The notes below the pieces were generated by a model, which was not told where the DNA came from, did not search any database, and saw only the letters and a list, made by a program, of their open reading frames with translations. Shown piece by piece: positions 9,112-17,843 of a stretch of DNA of 64,000 bases. The stretch's first letter is position 1; every line of letters starts with the position of its first letter. Origin of the DNA: an uncultured Eubacteriales bacterium. GTDB taxonomy: Bacteria > Bacillota > Clostridia > Christensenellales > CAG-138. The stretch lies in NCBI GenBank assembly GCA_902768795.1, contig CACXMS010000002.1, positions 29,871-93,870 of the forward strand, given 5' to 3'. Made by a program: the position numbers and the translations under genes.

Positions 9112-11073
9112 TTATTCCTTTATCTTTTCAAAAACTGCGCTCGAGCGGTTGAAATCCGCGTATTCGAAAATGTATTCCTTGCGCGACTGCACGCGATCGC
9201 CCATCAGGACGGTCACGAGATGCTCGACCTCCGCCGCGTCCTCGATCGTCACGCAGGTCAGCTTGCGCCCCTGCGGGTTCATCGTCGTTTCCCAGAGCTG
9301 CTCGGGATTCATTTCGCCGAGCCCCTTATAGCGCTGCAGCGTGTAGTTCTTGCCCGAAACCTGCTTCATCGCGCTTTTGAGCGCCGCGTCGTCGTAGCAG
9401 TAGACCGGCGGCTTGTTCGGCTTCTGCACGCGATAGAGCGGCGCCATGCCGATATACACGTGCCCCTCGGTGATCAGCGGGCGCATGTAGCGGTAAAAGA
9501 ACGTCAGAAGGATCGCGCGGATGTGCGCGCCGTCCTGATCCGCGTCCGCGAGGATGATGATCTTGTTGTACCGGAGCGCGGTGATATCGAAATCGTCGCC
9601 GATGCCCGTGCCGAGCGCCGTGATGATCGAGCGGAACTCGTCGTTTTGCAGCACCTGTTCGAGCCGCTTCTTTTCGACGTTCAGCGGCTTGCCGCGCAGC
9701 GGCAGAATCGCCTGGAACCGGCGGTCGCGGCCCTGCTTCGCGCTGCCGCCCGCCGAGTCGCCCTCGACGATGAACAGCTCGTTCTGCGAATAATCGCGCC
9801 CGGTGCAGCTGCTGAGCTTTCCGACAAGCGGCGCGTTTTCGAGCTTGCTCTTTTCCCGCGCGGTTTCCTTTGCCTTACGCGCCGCGTTGCGCGCTTTGGC
9901 CGCCTTGACCGCTTTTTCCGCGATCTGATTGGCGACGGCGGCGTTTTTGAGGTTTTCGAGCCACGCCGAAAGCTGCTGCGTCACGACGGTTTCGACCGCA
10001 GGCCGCGCCTCGGTGTTGCCGAGTTTCGTTTTCGTCTGTCCCTCGAACTGGATGTTCCGCATCTTCAGCGACAACACCGCGGTCATGCCCTCGCGGAAAT
10101 CCTCGCCCGCGAGCGAAGCGTCCTTCTCCTTGAGCGCGCCGGTCCTGCGGCAGTAATCGTTCATCACCTTGGTCAGCGCGGCTTTGAAGCCGGTCTCGTG
10201 CGTGCCGCCCTCGGTCGTAGGGATGTTGTTGACGTAGGACGCGACCGTTTCGGAATACCCGTCGTTGTGCAGGATCGCAACCTCGACCCTGATGCCGTTC
10301 GATTCGCCTTCGAAATGGATCGGCGGGTCGTACAGCGCGGTCTTGTCCTCCTGAATGTAGCGCGCAAAGTCGCTAAGGCCGCCCGAATAGCAGAACTCGC
10401 TGTGCTTTGCCTTGCCCCACTCGCGGTTGTCCTCGAGCGTCAGCTTCACGCCGCGGTTCAGGTACGCCAGCTCGCGCAGCCGTTTCATGATCACGCCGTA
10501 CTGCATGTCGATCGTTTCGAACACGCGGTCGTCGGGCAGAAACGTGACGACCGTTCCCTGTCTGCACGTTCTGCCGGTCTCGGTCAGCGGATACTTCGGC
10601 TTGCCGGAAACGATCTTGCCCTCCTCGTTCTCCTCGCTTGCGAATTCCATCTTATACGCGCGGTTTTCGTGAAAGACCTCGACCCTGACCCAGCGCGAAA
10701 GCGCGTTTACAACCGACGCGCCGACGCCGTGCAGACCGCCGGAATAGCCGTACGCGTCGTTGCCGAACTTGCCGCCCGCGTGAAGCTGCGTGAAGACGAC
10801 CTCGACGCCCGAAACGCCGAGCTTTTCGTGGATGCCGGTCGGGATGCCGCGTCCGTTGTCGGTCACGGTCACGCTCCTGTCCCGGTTCAGCGTGACGTTG
10901 ATTTCATTTGCAAAGCCGTTCGCCGCTTCGTCGATCGCGTTGTCGACGATCTCCCAAAGCATGTGGTGCAGGCCGGGCAGCCCCGTCGATCCGATATACA
11001 TGCCGGGTCGCATGCGGACGGCGTCGAGCCCCTCCATCACCGTAATGTTGCGGACGGAATATTCTTCAGCCAT
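9112..11073 (-). CDS. Type IIA DNA topoisomerase subunit B (GyrB/ParE family)
   Basis: 653 aa: LEGLDAVRMRPGMYIGST, LHHMLWEIVDNAIDEA, and the Toprim motif LFIVEGDSAGGSAKQGRDR. It ends 4 nt upstream of the A-subunit gene. Confidence 0.92.
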   Translation of the reverse strand: MAEEYSVRNITVMEGLDAVRMRPGMYIGSTGLPGLHHMLWEIVDNAIDEAANGFANEINVTLNRDRSVTVTDNGRGIPTGIHEKLGVSGVEVVFTQLHAGGKFGNDAYGYSGGLHGVGASVVNALSRWVRVEVFHENRAYKMEFASEENEEGKIVSGKPKYPLTETGRTCRQGTVVTFLPDDRVFETIDMQYGVIMKRLRELAYLNRGVKLTLEDNREWGKAKHSEFCYSGGLSDFARYIQEDKTALYDPPIHFEGESNGIRVEVAILHNDGYSETVASYVNNIPTTEGGTHETGFKAALTKVMNDYCRRTGALKEKDASLAGEDFREGMTAVLSLKMRNIQFEGQTKTKLGNTEARPAVETVVTQQLSAWLENLKNAAVANQIAEKAVKAAKARNAARKAKETAREKSKLENAPLVGKLSSCTGRDYSQNELFIVEGDSAGGSAKQGRDRRFQAILPLRGKPLNVEKKRLEQVLQNDEFRSIITALGTGIGDDFDITALRYNKIIILADADQDGAHIRAILLTFFYRYMRPLITEGHVYIGMAPLYRVQKPNKPPVYCYDDAALKSAMKQVSGKNYTLQRYKGLGEMNPEQLWETTMNPQGRKLTCVTIEDAAEVEHLVTVLMGDRVQSRKEYIFEYADFNRSSAVFEKIKE

Positions 11074-11347
11074 GGTTTCCTCCTTGACGGATACAAGATA
11101 CCCGTTTCATAACGATTTATTATACCACAATTTGTGATTCGTGGCCGATCCGCGCCGAGGTTTTACCGATTATTCATATTTTCGGCCGGACCGAAACCGG
11201 GCAGGCGGGTTTTGAAAAAGCCGGCGGCGCAGGAAAAACTTGCAAATTCGCGGCCCCCGGCCGTCTTTTCCGGTTGACAAAGCGGGCAAGAATTGATACA
11301 TTTATATTTTGAGAATCCGTATTGATTTTGGGAAACGAGGAAACTGT

Positions 11348-13300
11348 ATGAGAAAGAAATACTACATCACAACGGCGATTGCTTACGCTTCCGGCAAGCC
11401 GCACATCGGCAATACGTACGAAGCGATCCTTGCGGACGCGATCGCGCGCTTCAAGCGGTATCAGGGATACGAGGTGTTCCTGCAGACCGGCACCGACGAG
11501 CACGGTCAGAAGATCGAGAATAAGGCCAGCGCCGCGGGCGTTACGCCGAAGGAATACGTCGATCGCGTCGCGGCGGAGATCCGGACCATCTGGGACCTGG
11601 TCGGCACGAGCTACGACAGGTTTATCCGCACGACCGACGCCGATCACGAAGCGCAGGTGCAGAAGATCTTCAAGCGGCTTTACGAGCAGGGCGACATCTA
11701 TAAAGGATATTACGAAGGCATGTACTGCGAGCCGTGCGAGAGCTTCTTCACGGCGTCCCAGCTGGTCGACGGCAAGTGCCCCGACTGCGGCGGCGAAGTG
11801 CGCCCCGCAAAGGAGGAAGCGTATTTCTTCAAAATGAGCAAGTACGCGCCGCGGCTGATCGAATACATCAACGAGCATCCCGAATTCATCCAGCCCGTCG
11901 CGCGCAAGAACGAAATGATGAACAACTTCCTGCTGCCGGGACTGCAGGATCTGTGCGTATCGCGCACGTCGTTCACCTGGGGCGTGCCGGTGGACTTCGA
12001 TCCGAAGCACGTCGTCTACGTCTGGCTCGACGCGCTCGTCAACTACATCACGGGAATCGGCTATGACTGCGGCGGCCATTCGACCGAACAGTTCCAAAAG
12101 CTCTGGCCTGCCGACCTGCATCTGATCGGCAAGGACATCATCCGGTTCCATACGATCTACTGGCCGATCTTTTTGATGGCGCTGGATCTGCCGCTGCCAA
12201 AACAGGTGTTCGGGCATCCGTGGCTGCTGCAGAACGGCGGCAAGATGAGCAAGTCGAAGGGCAACGTGATGTATGCCGACGACCTTGTTCAGCTGTTCGG
12301 CATGGACGCGGTGCGTTATTTCGTGCTGCATGAGATGCCGTTCGACAACGACGGTATCATCACCTGGGAGCTTCTGATCGAACGGCTGAACGCGGATCTT
12401 GCGAACGTGCTCGGCAACCTCGTCAACCGCACGGTCTCGATGTCGAACAAGTATTTCGGCGGAGAAGTGAGAAGCACGGGCGCCGCCGAACCGGTTGACG
12501 GCGAGCTGAAGGCGGTCGCCGCCGGCGCTGCGGAAAAGGTCGTCCGGGCGATGGACGGGCTGCGCGTAGCCGACGCGCTGACCGAGGTGTTTGCAATCTT
12601 CCGCAGATGCAACAAGTATATCGACGAAACGATGCCGTGGGCGCTCGCAAAGGATCCCGAAAAGCAGGACCGGCTCGCCGAAGTGCTGTACAATCTCACC
12701 GAGAGCATCGCGATCGGCGCGAACCTTTTGAAGCCGTTCCTTCCCGCGACTGCGGACAGCATCCTTTCCGAGCTGAACGACGCGCCGCGCGCGCTCGAAG
12801 AACTGTCGTCGTTCGGGAAGTACGTTTCCGGCACGCACGTGACCGACAAGCCCGAGATCCTGTTCGCGCGGATCGATCCGAAGGTCATCGCGCCCGCGAT
12901 CGAAGCGATCGAAGCAAAGCAGCATCCGGCCGCCGCGGCCGAGGAGGCGCCGGCGCTTGCGCCGTATAAGCCGGAGATCGCGTACGAGGACTTCGAAAAG
13001 CTCGACTTACGGCTTGCGAAGGTCAAGGCGTGCGAAGAGGTCAAGCGCTCGAAAAAACTGCTGAAACTCACGCTGACGGTCGGGAATGAGGAGCGCACGG
13101 TCGTTTCGGGGATCAAAAACTGGTACAAGCCCGAGGATCTGGTCGGCAAGACCGTCGTGCTCGTCGCGAACCTGAAGCCGGTCACGCTCTGCGGCGTCGA
13201 AAGCCGCGGCATGATCCTCTGCGCGTCCGACGAAGAGGATCAGGAGCTTGCGTTTGTCACGCCCGAAAAAGCGCTGCAATCGGGCTATGTGGTGCGCTGA
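11348..13300 (+). CDS. metG: Methionine--tRNA ligase with a C-terminal tRNA-binding (EMAP/Trbp111-like) domain
   Basis: MRKKYYITTAIAYASGKPHIGN (HIGH-type motif), a zinc knuckle CEPC...CPDCGG, and KMSKSKGN. The ATG at 11348 follows the SD GAGGAA. Confidence 0.95.
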   Translation: MRKKYYITTAIAYASGKPHIGNTYEAILADAIARFKRYQGYEVFLQTGTDEHGQKIENKASAAGVTPKEYVDRVAAEIRTIWDLVGTSYDRFIRTTDADHEAQVQKIFKRLYEQGDIYKGYYEGMYCEPCESFFTASQLVDGKCPDCGGEVRPAKEEAYFFKMSKYAPRLIEYINEHPEFIQPVARKNEMMNNFLLPGLQDLCVSRTSFTWGVPVDFDPKHVVYVWLDALVNYITGIGYDCGGHSTEQFQKLWPADLHLIGKDIIRFHTIYWPIFLMALDLPLPKQVFGHPWLLQNGGKMSKSKGNVMYADDLVQLFGMDAVRYFVLHEMPFDNDGIITWELLIERLNADLANVLGNLVNRTVSMSNKYFGGEVRSTGAAEPVDGELKAVAAGAAEKVVRAMDGLRVADALTEVFAIFRRCNKYIDETMPWALAKDPEKQDRLAEVLYNLTESIAIGANLLKPFLPATADSILSELNDAPRALEELSSFGKYVSGTHVTDKPEILFARIDPKVIAPAIEAIEAKQHPAAAAEEAPALAPYKPEIAYEDFEKLDLRLAKVKACEEVKRSKKLLKLTLTVGNEERTVVSGIKNWYKPEDLVGKTVVLVANLKPVTLCGVESRGMILCASDEEDQELAFVTPEKALQSGYVVR

Positions 13301-14071
13301 ATGAAGCTGTTCGATACGCACGCGCACCTGCTCGACGAAGCGTTTGACGCGGACCGCGAAGCGCTGATCGCGTCGCTGCCGGGAAAGGGCGTCGTTCACG
13401 TGATGGAATGCTGCTGCGACGAAGCGGGCATCGACCGCGTTGCAAATCTTGTGGCGCGCGTGCCGTTTCTGTACGGCAGCGCCGGCGTGCATCCGCATTC
13501 GGCGGACGAATGGACAAGCGAAACCGCGGATCATATCCGCGCCGCGCTCCAAAGGGAGCGCATGCTCGCCGTCGGAGAGATCGGGCTGGATTATCACTAC
13601 GATTTTTCCCCGCGAAATGTGCAGAAGGACGTGCTGGACGCGCAGCTTTCGCTCGCAAAGGAGCAAAGTCGCCCCGTGATCCTGCACGACCGCGAGGCGC
13701 ACGGCGACATGATGGACCTTTTGCGCGCGCATAAGGACGGGCTGAAAGGGATCATGCACTGCTTTTCGGGCAGCTACGAGACCGCAAAGGAATGTCTCGA
13801 TCTCGGCCTTTTTATCGCGTTCGGCGGCGCGCTGACGTTCAAAAACGCGGTGCGGCCGATCGAGGTCGTGCGGCGGCTGCCGATCGACCGGCTGCTTCTG
13901 GAAACGGACTGCCCGTACATGACGCCGGTCCCGTTTCGCGGGCAGCGCAACGATCCGTCGCTGTGCCGCCTGACGCTCGAAAAGATGGCCGAAGTGCGCG
14001 GCGAGGATAGGGAAACGCTTGCGGACGCGCTGTACCGGAACGCGCTGACGGTCTATGAAATTACGGAATAA
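13301..14071 (+). CDS. tatD: TatD-family metal-dependent hydrolase/DNase
   Basis: MKLFDTHAHL...GEIGLDYHY...HCFSGS...ETDCPYMTP. The start codon directly abuts the metG stop (TGAATG). Confidence 0.88.
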   Translation: MKLFDTHAHLLDEAFDADREALIASLPGKGVVHVMECCCDEAGIDRVANLVARVPFLYGSAGVHPHSADEWTSETADHIRAALQRERMLAVGEIGLDYHYDFSPRNVQKDVLDAQLSLAKEQSRPVILHDREAHGDMMDLLRAHKDGLKGIMHCFSGSYETAKECLDLGLFIAFGGALTFKNAVRPIEVVRRLPIDRLLLETDCPYMTPVPFRGQRNDPSLCRLTLEKMAEVRGEDRETLADALYRNALTVYEITE

Positions 14072-14089
14072 CCGACAGGAGAAACAGAT

Positions 14090-15190
14090 ATGGTAGTTTT
14101 GGATGAATACAAGATGCAGCTCGGCGCGCTGAACGAAACGCTGGCGCTCGCGCATAAGCAGATGGGCGTGGACGCCCTGAAAGAGGAGTGCAAAACGCTC
14201 GAAGACAAGATGAGCGCGCCGGACTTCTGGAACGACGTCGACAACGCGAACAAGATTTCCGCCCGCGTCAAATCGATCAAGAGCAAGCTCGACCGGCTGA
14301 ACAAGCTCGACGCGCAGAGCGAGGATCTTGCGACGCTGATCGAAATGATCGAAGAGGAGGACGACGAAAGTCTGCTCGATGAGCTGAAGACCGAATGCAG
14401 GGATTTTGAAGACAAGGTCGGCGCGCTGCGGCTCGAAATGCTGCTCAAAGGCCCGTACGACAATTCGAACGCCGTGCTTTCGCTGCACGCGGGCGCAGGC
14501 GGCACCGAGGCGCAGGACTGGACCGAAATGCTGTACCGCATGTACACGCGCTACTGCGAGCGCAAGGGCTGGAAGGTCACCGAGCTTGACCTTCTGGACG
14601 GCGACGACGCAGGCATCAAGTCTGTGACGTTCGAGGTCGAGGGCGAGAACGCCTACGGGTACCTGAAGGCGGAAAAGGGCGTGCACCGGCTCGTTCGCAT
14701 CTCCCCGTTCGACGCGTCGGCGCGGCGGCACACTTCGTTCTCGTCGCTCGACGTGACGCCGATCTTCGACGACGATACCGGCGATATCAAGATTGAGCCG
14801 GAGGATATCCGCGTCGATACCTACCGCTCGGGCGGCGCCGGCGGTCAGAACGTCAACAAGGTTTCGAGCGCAATCCGCATCACGCACCTGGCGACCGGCA
14901 TCGTCGTGCAGTGCCAGAACGAGCGCAGCCAGCTTCAGAACAAGGAAATGGCGATGCGTATGCTGCGCGGCAAGCTGCTCGAGCTGCAGGAGCGCGAGCG
15001 CGAGGAGCAGATGGCGTCGATCAAGGGCGAGATGAAGAAGATTGAATGGGGCAGTCAGATCCGCTCCTATGTCTTCCAGCCGTACACGCTCGTCAAGGAT
15101 CACCGCACCGGCGAGGAAAACGGCAACATCCAGTCCGTGATGGACGGCAACCTCGACAACTTCATTTCCGCGTACCTGACGCAGTCCTGA
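14090..15190 (+). CDS. prfB: Peptide chain release factor 2, encoded as one uninterrupted frame
   Basis: RISPFDASARRHTSF (SPF motif) and YRSGGAGGQNVNKV (GGQ). The 366-aa ORF is continuous, with no in-frame TGA near codon 25. Confidence 0.93.
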   Translation: MVVLDEYKMQLGALNETLALAHKQMGVDALKEECKTLEDKMSAPDFWNDVDNANKISARVKSIKSKLDRLNKLDAQSEDLATLIEMIEEEDDESLLDELKTECRDFEDKVGALRLEMLLKGPYDNSNAVLSLHAGAGGTEAQDWTEMLYRMYTRYCERKGWKVTELDLLDGDDAGIKSVTFEVEGENAYGYLKAEKGVHRLVRISPFDASARRHTSFSSLDVTPIFDDDTGDIKIEPEDIRVDTYRSGGAGGQNVNKVSSAIRITHLATGIVVQCQNERSQLQNKEMAMRMLRGKLLELQEREREEQMASIKGEMKKIEWGSQIRSYVFQPYTLVKDHRTGEENGNIQSVMDGNLDNFISAYLTQS

Positions 15191-15215
15191 CCTGAAAAAG
15201 AAAAGGCTGAATGCA

Positions 15216-15256
15216 AAATCGCCCGCCGTGCGGCAAGCGCATGACGGGCGGTTTTT
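15216..15256. terminator. Terminator shared by convergent prfB and the molybdenum hydroxylase gene
   Basis: AAAATCGCCCG (15216-15226) pairs with CGGGCGGTTTT (15245-15255), with one G-U pair. A T-run follows. Confidence 0.6.
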
Positions 15257-15265
15257 TGATTGCTG

Positions 15266-17833
15266 TTATTTGGCGGGTTTCGAGTAAGGAGTGCCCTCCA
15301 GCGGCAGCTTCGTGCGGAAAACGCCGTCGCGGTTGTAATAGGCGTTCTGTACGGCCGGCGCGGTCGGGATCGTTGCGATCTCCCCGACGCCCTTCGCCCC
15401 GTACGCCAGGTTTTCCATCGACGCTTTGCCGATCGGAATCGCGTCGATTTCGGGCGCGCGGTTCGCTTTCCACAGCCCGATCGTGCCGTATTTGCCGAGC
15501 GGCTTGCCCTCCTTCAACGGGAAATCCTCGGTCAGCGCGTAGCCGAGTCCCATCACGACGCCGCCTTCGATCTGCCCTTCGACCGCGACCGGGTTCACCG
15601 CGCGGCCGACGTCATGCACCGCGGTCACGTGCGCGACCGTTCCGTCCTCGTTCAGCTCGACGACGTGCGTCGCATAGCCGTAAGCGATGTGCGAAACGGG
15701 ATTCGGCTTCTCGGAACCCATCCGGTCGGTAATGCCCGTGTATTCGCCGAGGAACGACTGCCCCTCGAGCTTTTCGATGCCGCCGGCTTGTTCGGCGGCT
15801 TCCTTGACCATCCGCGCGGCGCGCACGGTCGCCTCTCCGGTAAACAGCGTCTGGCGCGAAGCGGTCGTAACGCCCGCGTTCGGAGAAAGCGCGGTGTCCG
15901 GCTCGTGATACACGACCATCTCGCGCGGGATGCCGAGCGTTTCAATGACCATTTGCACCTGAACGGTTCCCATGCCCTGTCCGATGCACGCGGCCGCCGA
16001 ATGGAGATGCACCTTGCCGCCCTCGATCTCAATGCGGCAGCGGCCCGTATCCGGGATGCCGACGCCGAGCCCCGCGTTCTTCATCGCGCAGGCGATTCCG
16101 GCCTTCGGGTTCCGTTCGAGGATCGGCCGCACGGCGTCGAGCGTTTCGACCAGAGCGGTCGTTTCGTCGGCGATCTGCCCGTTCGGCAGCACCTGTCCGG
16201 GGCGGATCGCGTTGCGGTAGCGGATCTCAAACGGCGTGATGCCGACAAGCTCGGCAAGCTGATTCAGGTTGCATTCGGTCGCAAAACAGCTCTGCGTCAC
16301 GCCGAACCCGCGGAACGCGCCGGCGGGCGGGTTGTTCGTATAGATCGCCTTCCCGTCGATGTCGATGTCCTGGTAGTTATACGGCCCCGCGGCGTGCGTG
16401 CAGGCGCGCTGCAGCACCGGTCCGCCGAGCGAAGCGTACGCGCCGGTGTCCGAAATCAGCGTCGCCTTCATCGCGGTCAGATAGCCGTTTTCGTCGCACG
16501 CGGTCGTAAATTCCAGTTCCATCGCGTGGCGCTTCGGGTGGATCAGCATGCTCTCGGCGCGCGTGAACGTCACCTTCACGGGGCGGCGCGTATGGAACGC
16601 GAGCAGCGCGGCGTGGTGCTGAACGCTCATGTCCTCCTTGCCGCCGAAGCCCCCGCCGACCGTCATCGCGGTCACGCGAACGCGGTCCGGCGCAAGACCC
16701 AGCATCGCTGCGCATTCCTTCTGCGTCTGATAGATGCCCTGATCGCCGCTGAAGATGCGGATCCCGTCGCCCTCCGGCATCGCCACGGCGCACTCCGGCT
16801 CCAAAAACGCGTGCTCGGTCGGCGGTACGGAATAGCGGTTTGTCACAACGTATTTGCTGTTTCGGATCTTTTCGTCGGCATTGCCGCGAACGAGATGTTC
16901 GTGCGCGAGCACGTTCGTCCCGTGTGAAGCGTGGACAAGCGTTTCGTCCCGAAGGCCCGTCATCATATCGAATACGCCCTCGAGCGGTTCGTATTCCACC
17001 CGGATCGCGGCCGCCGCCGCGCGCGCCTGCGCTTCGGTTTCGGCGGCGACGAGCGCGATCGCGTCGCCCAGAAAATGCGTGATCTTCCCTTCGGGGATCA
17101 TCACGTCGTAATCCTGCTTCAGATGCCCGATCTTCTGCTGCCCGGGGATATCCTTCGCGGTCAGGATCTTCACAACGCCCGGCATCTTTTCCGCTTCCGA
17201 CGTGTCGATCAAAAGCACCCGCGCACGCGGGTACGCGCTCCGAAGCGCGGTCCCGTACAGCATCCCGTCAAGGTACAGGTCGTCGCAGTATTTCGCTTCG
17301 CCGAGCGTTTTTCGGGGCGCGTCGACGCGCGGCAGATCGTCCCCGATCAGTCCCTTGCATCCGACCGCGGGAACCGGCGTTCCCTCCCGAAAAAGCGCGG
17401 CGGCAAGCAGGATCGCTTCGACGATCTTTTTATACCCGGTGCAGCGGCAGATGTTGTTTTTGATCGCGTCGCGCACCTCCGCCTCGGTTGGGTCCGCGTT
17501 CCGATCGAGCAGCCCCTTTGCGCTCATCACCATGCCAGGCGTGCAGAAACCGCACTGCACCGCGCCGCATTTTGTGAACGACCAGGCGTAAACCTCGCGC
17601 TCGCGCGGGGTCAGCCCCTCGCAGGTGACGATATGCTTTCCCGCCATGCGATCGGTCGTCTGCACGCAGGCCTTAACCGCTTTTCCGTCAATCAGCACGG
17701 TGCACGTTCCGCACGCGCCCTCGCTGCAGCCGTTTTTCACGCTCAGAAGCCGCAGATCGTCCCGCAGAAAGCGGATCAGTTTTTTGTTTTCGGCCGCCGT
17801 AACGCGAACGCCGTTGACAAAAAAGTCTGCCAT
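15266..17833 (-). CDS. Xanthine dehydrogenase/aldehyde oxidoreductase-family molybdenum hydroxylase with fused N-terminal 2x[2Fe-2S] domains and no FAD domain
   Basis: CSEGACGTCTV and QCGFCTPGM iron-sulfur motifs are followed by about 700 aa of molybdopterin-binding domain (GGGFGGKE...). The architecture resembles E. coli XdhD or D. gigas MOP. Confidence 0.85.
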   Translation of the reverse strand: MADFFVNGVRVTAAENKKLIRFLRDDLRLLSVKNGCSEGACGTCTVLIDGKAVKACVQTTDRMAGKHIVTCEGLTPREREVYAWSFTKCGAVQCGFCTPGMVMSAKGLLDRNADPTEAEVRDAIKNNICRCTGYKKIVEAILLAAALFREGTPVPAVGCKGLIGDDLPRVDAPRKTLGEAKYCDDLYLDGMLYGTALRSAYPRARVLLIDTSEAEKMPGVVKILTAKDIPGQQKIGHLKQDYDVMIPEGKITHFLGDAIALVAAETEAQARAAAAAIRVEYEPLEGVFDMMTGLRDETLVHASHGTNVLAHEHLVRGNADEKIRNSKYVVTNRYSVPPTEHAFLEPECAVAMPEGDGIRIFSGDQGIYQTQKECAAMLGLAPDRVRVTAMTVGGGFGGKEDMSVQHHAALLAFHTRRPVKVTFTRAESMLIHPKRHAMELEFTTACDENGYLTAMKATLISDTGAYASLGGPVLQRACTHAAGPYNYQDIDIDGKAIYTNNPPAGAFRGFGVTQSCFATECNLNQLAELVGITPFEIRYRNAIRPGQVLPNGQIADETTALVETLDAVRPILERNPKAGIACAMKNAGLGVGIPDTGRCRIEIEGGKVHLHSAAACIGQGMGTVQVQMVIETLGIPREMVVYHEPDTALSPNAGVTTASRQTLFTGEATVRAARMVKEAAEQAGGIEKLEGQSFLGEYTGITDRMGSEKPNPVSHIAYGYATHVVELNEDGTVAHVTAVHDVGRAVNPVAVEGQIEGGVVMGLGYALTEDFPLKEGKPLGKYGTIGLWKANRAPEIDAIPIGKASMENLAYGAKGVGEIATIPTAPAVQNAYYNRDGVFRTKLPLEGTPYSKPAK

Positions 17834-17843
17834 GAATCCCTCC

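Noticed and set aside
9022-11112. 696-aa ORF on the plus strand, opposite the topoisomerase B-subunit gene. Similar long antisense ORFs occur at 11174-12925, 6813-8996, 15260-16927, 17625-19685, 20623-22242, 27192-28829, 29104-30261, 32924-34210, 34194-35264, 43428-44594, 44670-45884, 46857-48071, 52180-54309 and 56093-57358.
   Set aside because: The translations are Arg/Ala/Gly/His/Asp-rich low-complexity strings with no motifs. Each lies exactly antisense to a gene with unambiguous family signatures. This is the usual stop-codon-poor antisense frame of a high-GC genome.
11113-11347. Possible T-box or other leader upstream of metG.
   Set aside because: I found no specifier hairpin or T-box sequence (AGAGA...GGTGGTACCGCG-like). 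The region holds divergent promoter candidates only (TTGACA at about 11273 for metG, and an extended -10 TGgTATAAT for the topoisomerase operon on the other strand). An Rfam scan would be the decisive check.
13007-15103. 698-aa minus-strand ORF spanning the metG 3' end, tatD and prfB.
   Set aside because: Same reasoning as the previous entry: it crosses three well-supported plus-strand genes and two gene junctions and has no recognisable domain.
14090-15190. I looked for the programmed +1 frameshift (in-frame TGA after about 25 codons, with an upstream SD-like element) that is typical of prfB.
   Set aside because: The RF2 frame is continuous from ATG 14090 to the stop at 15190. A sizeable minority of bacteria lack the frameshift, so this is a normal variant and not a finding.
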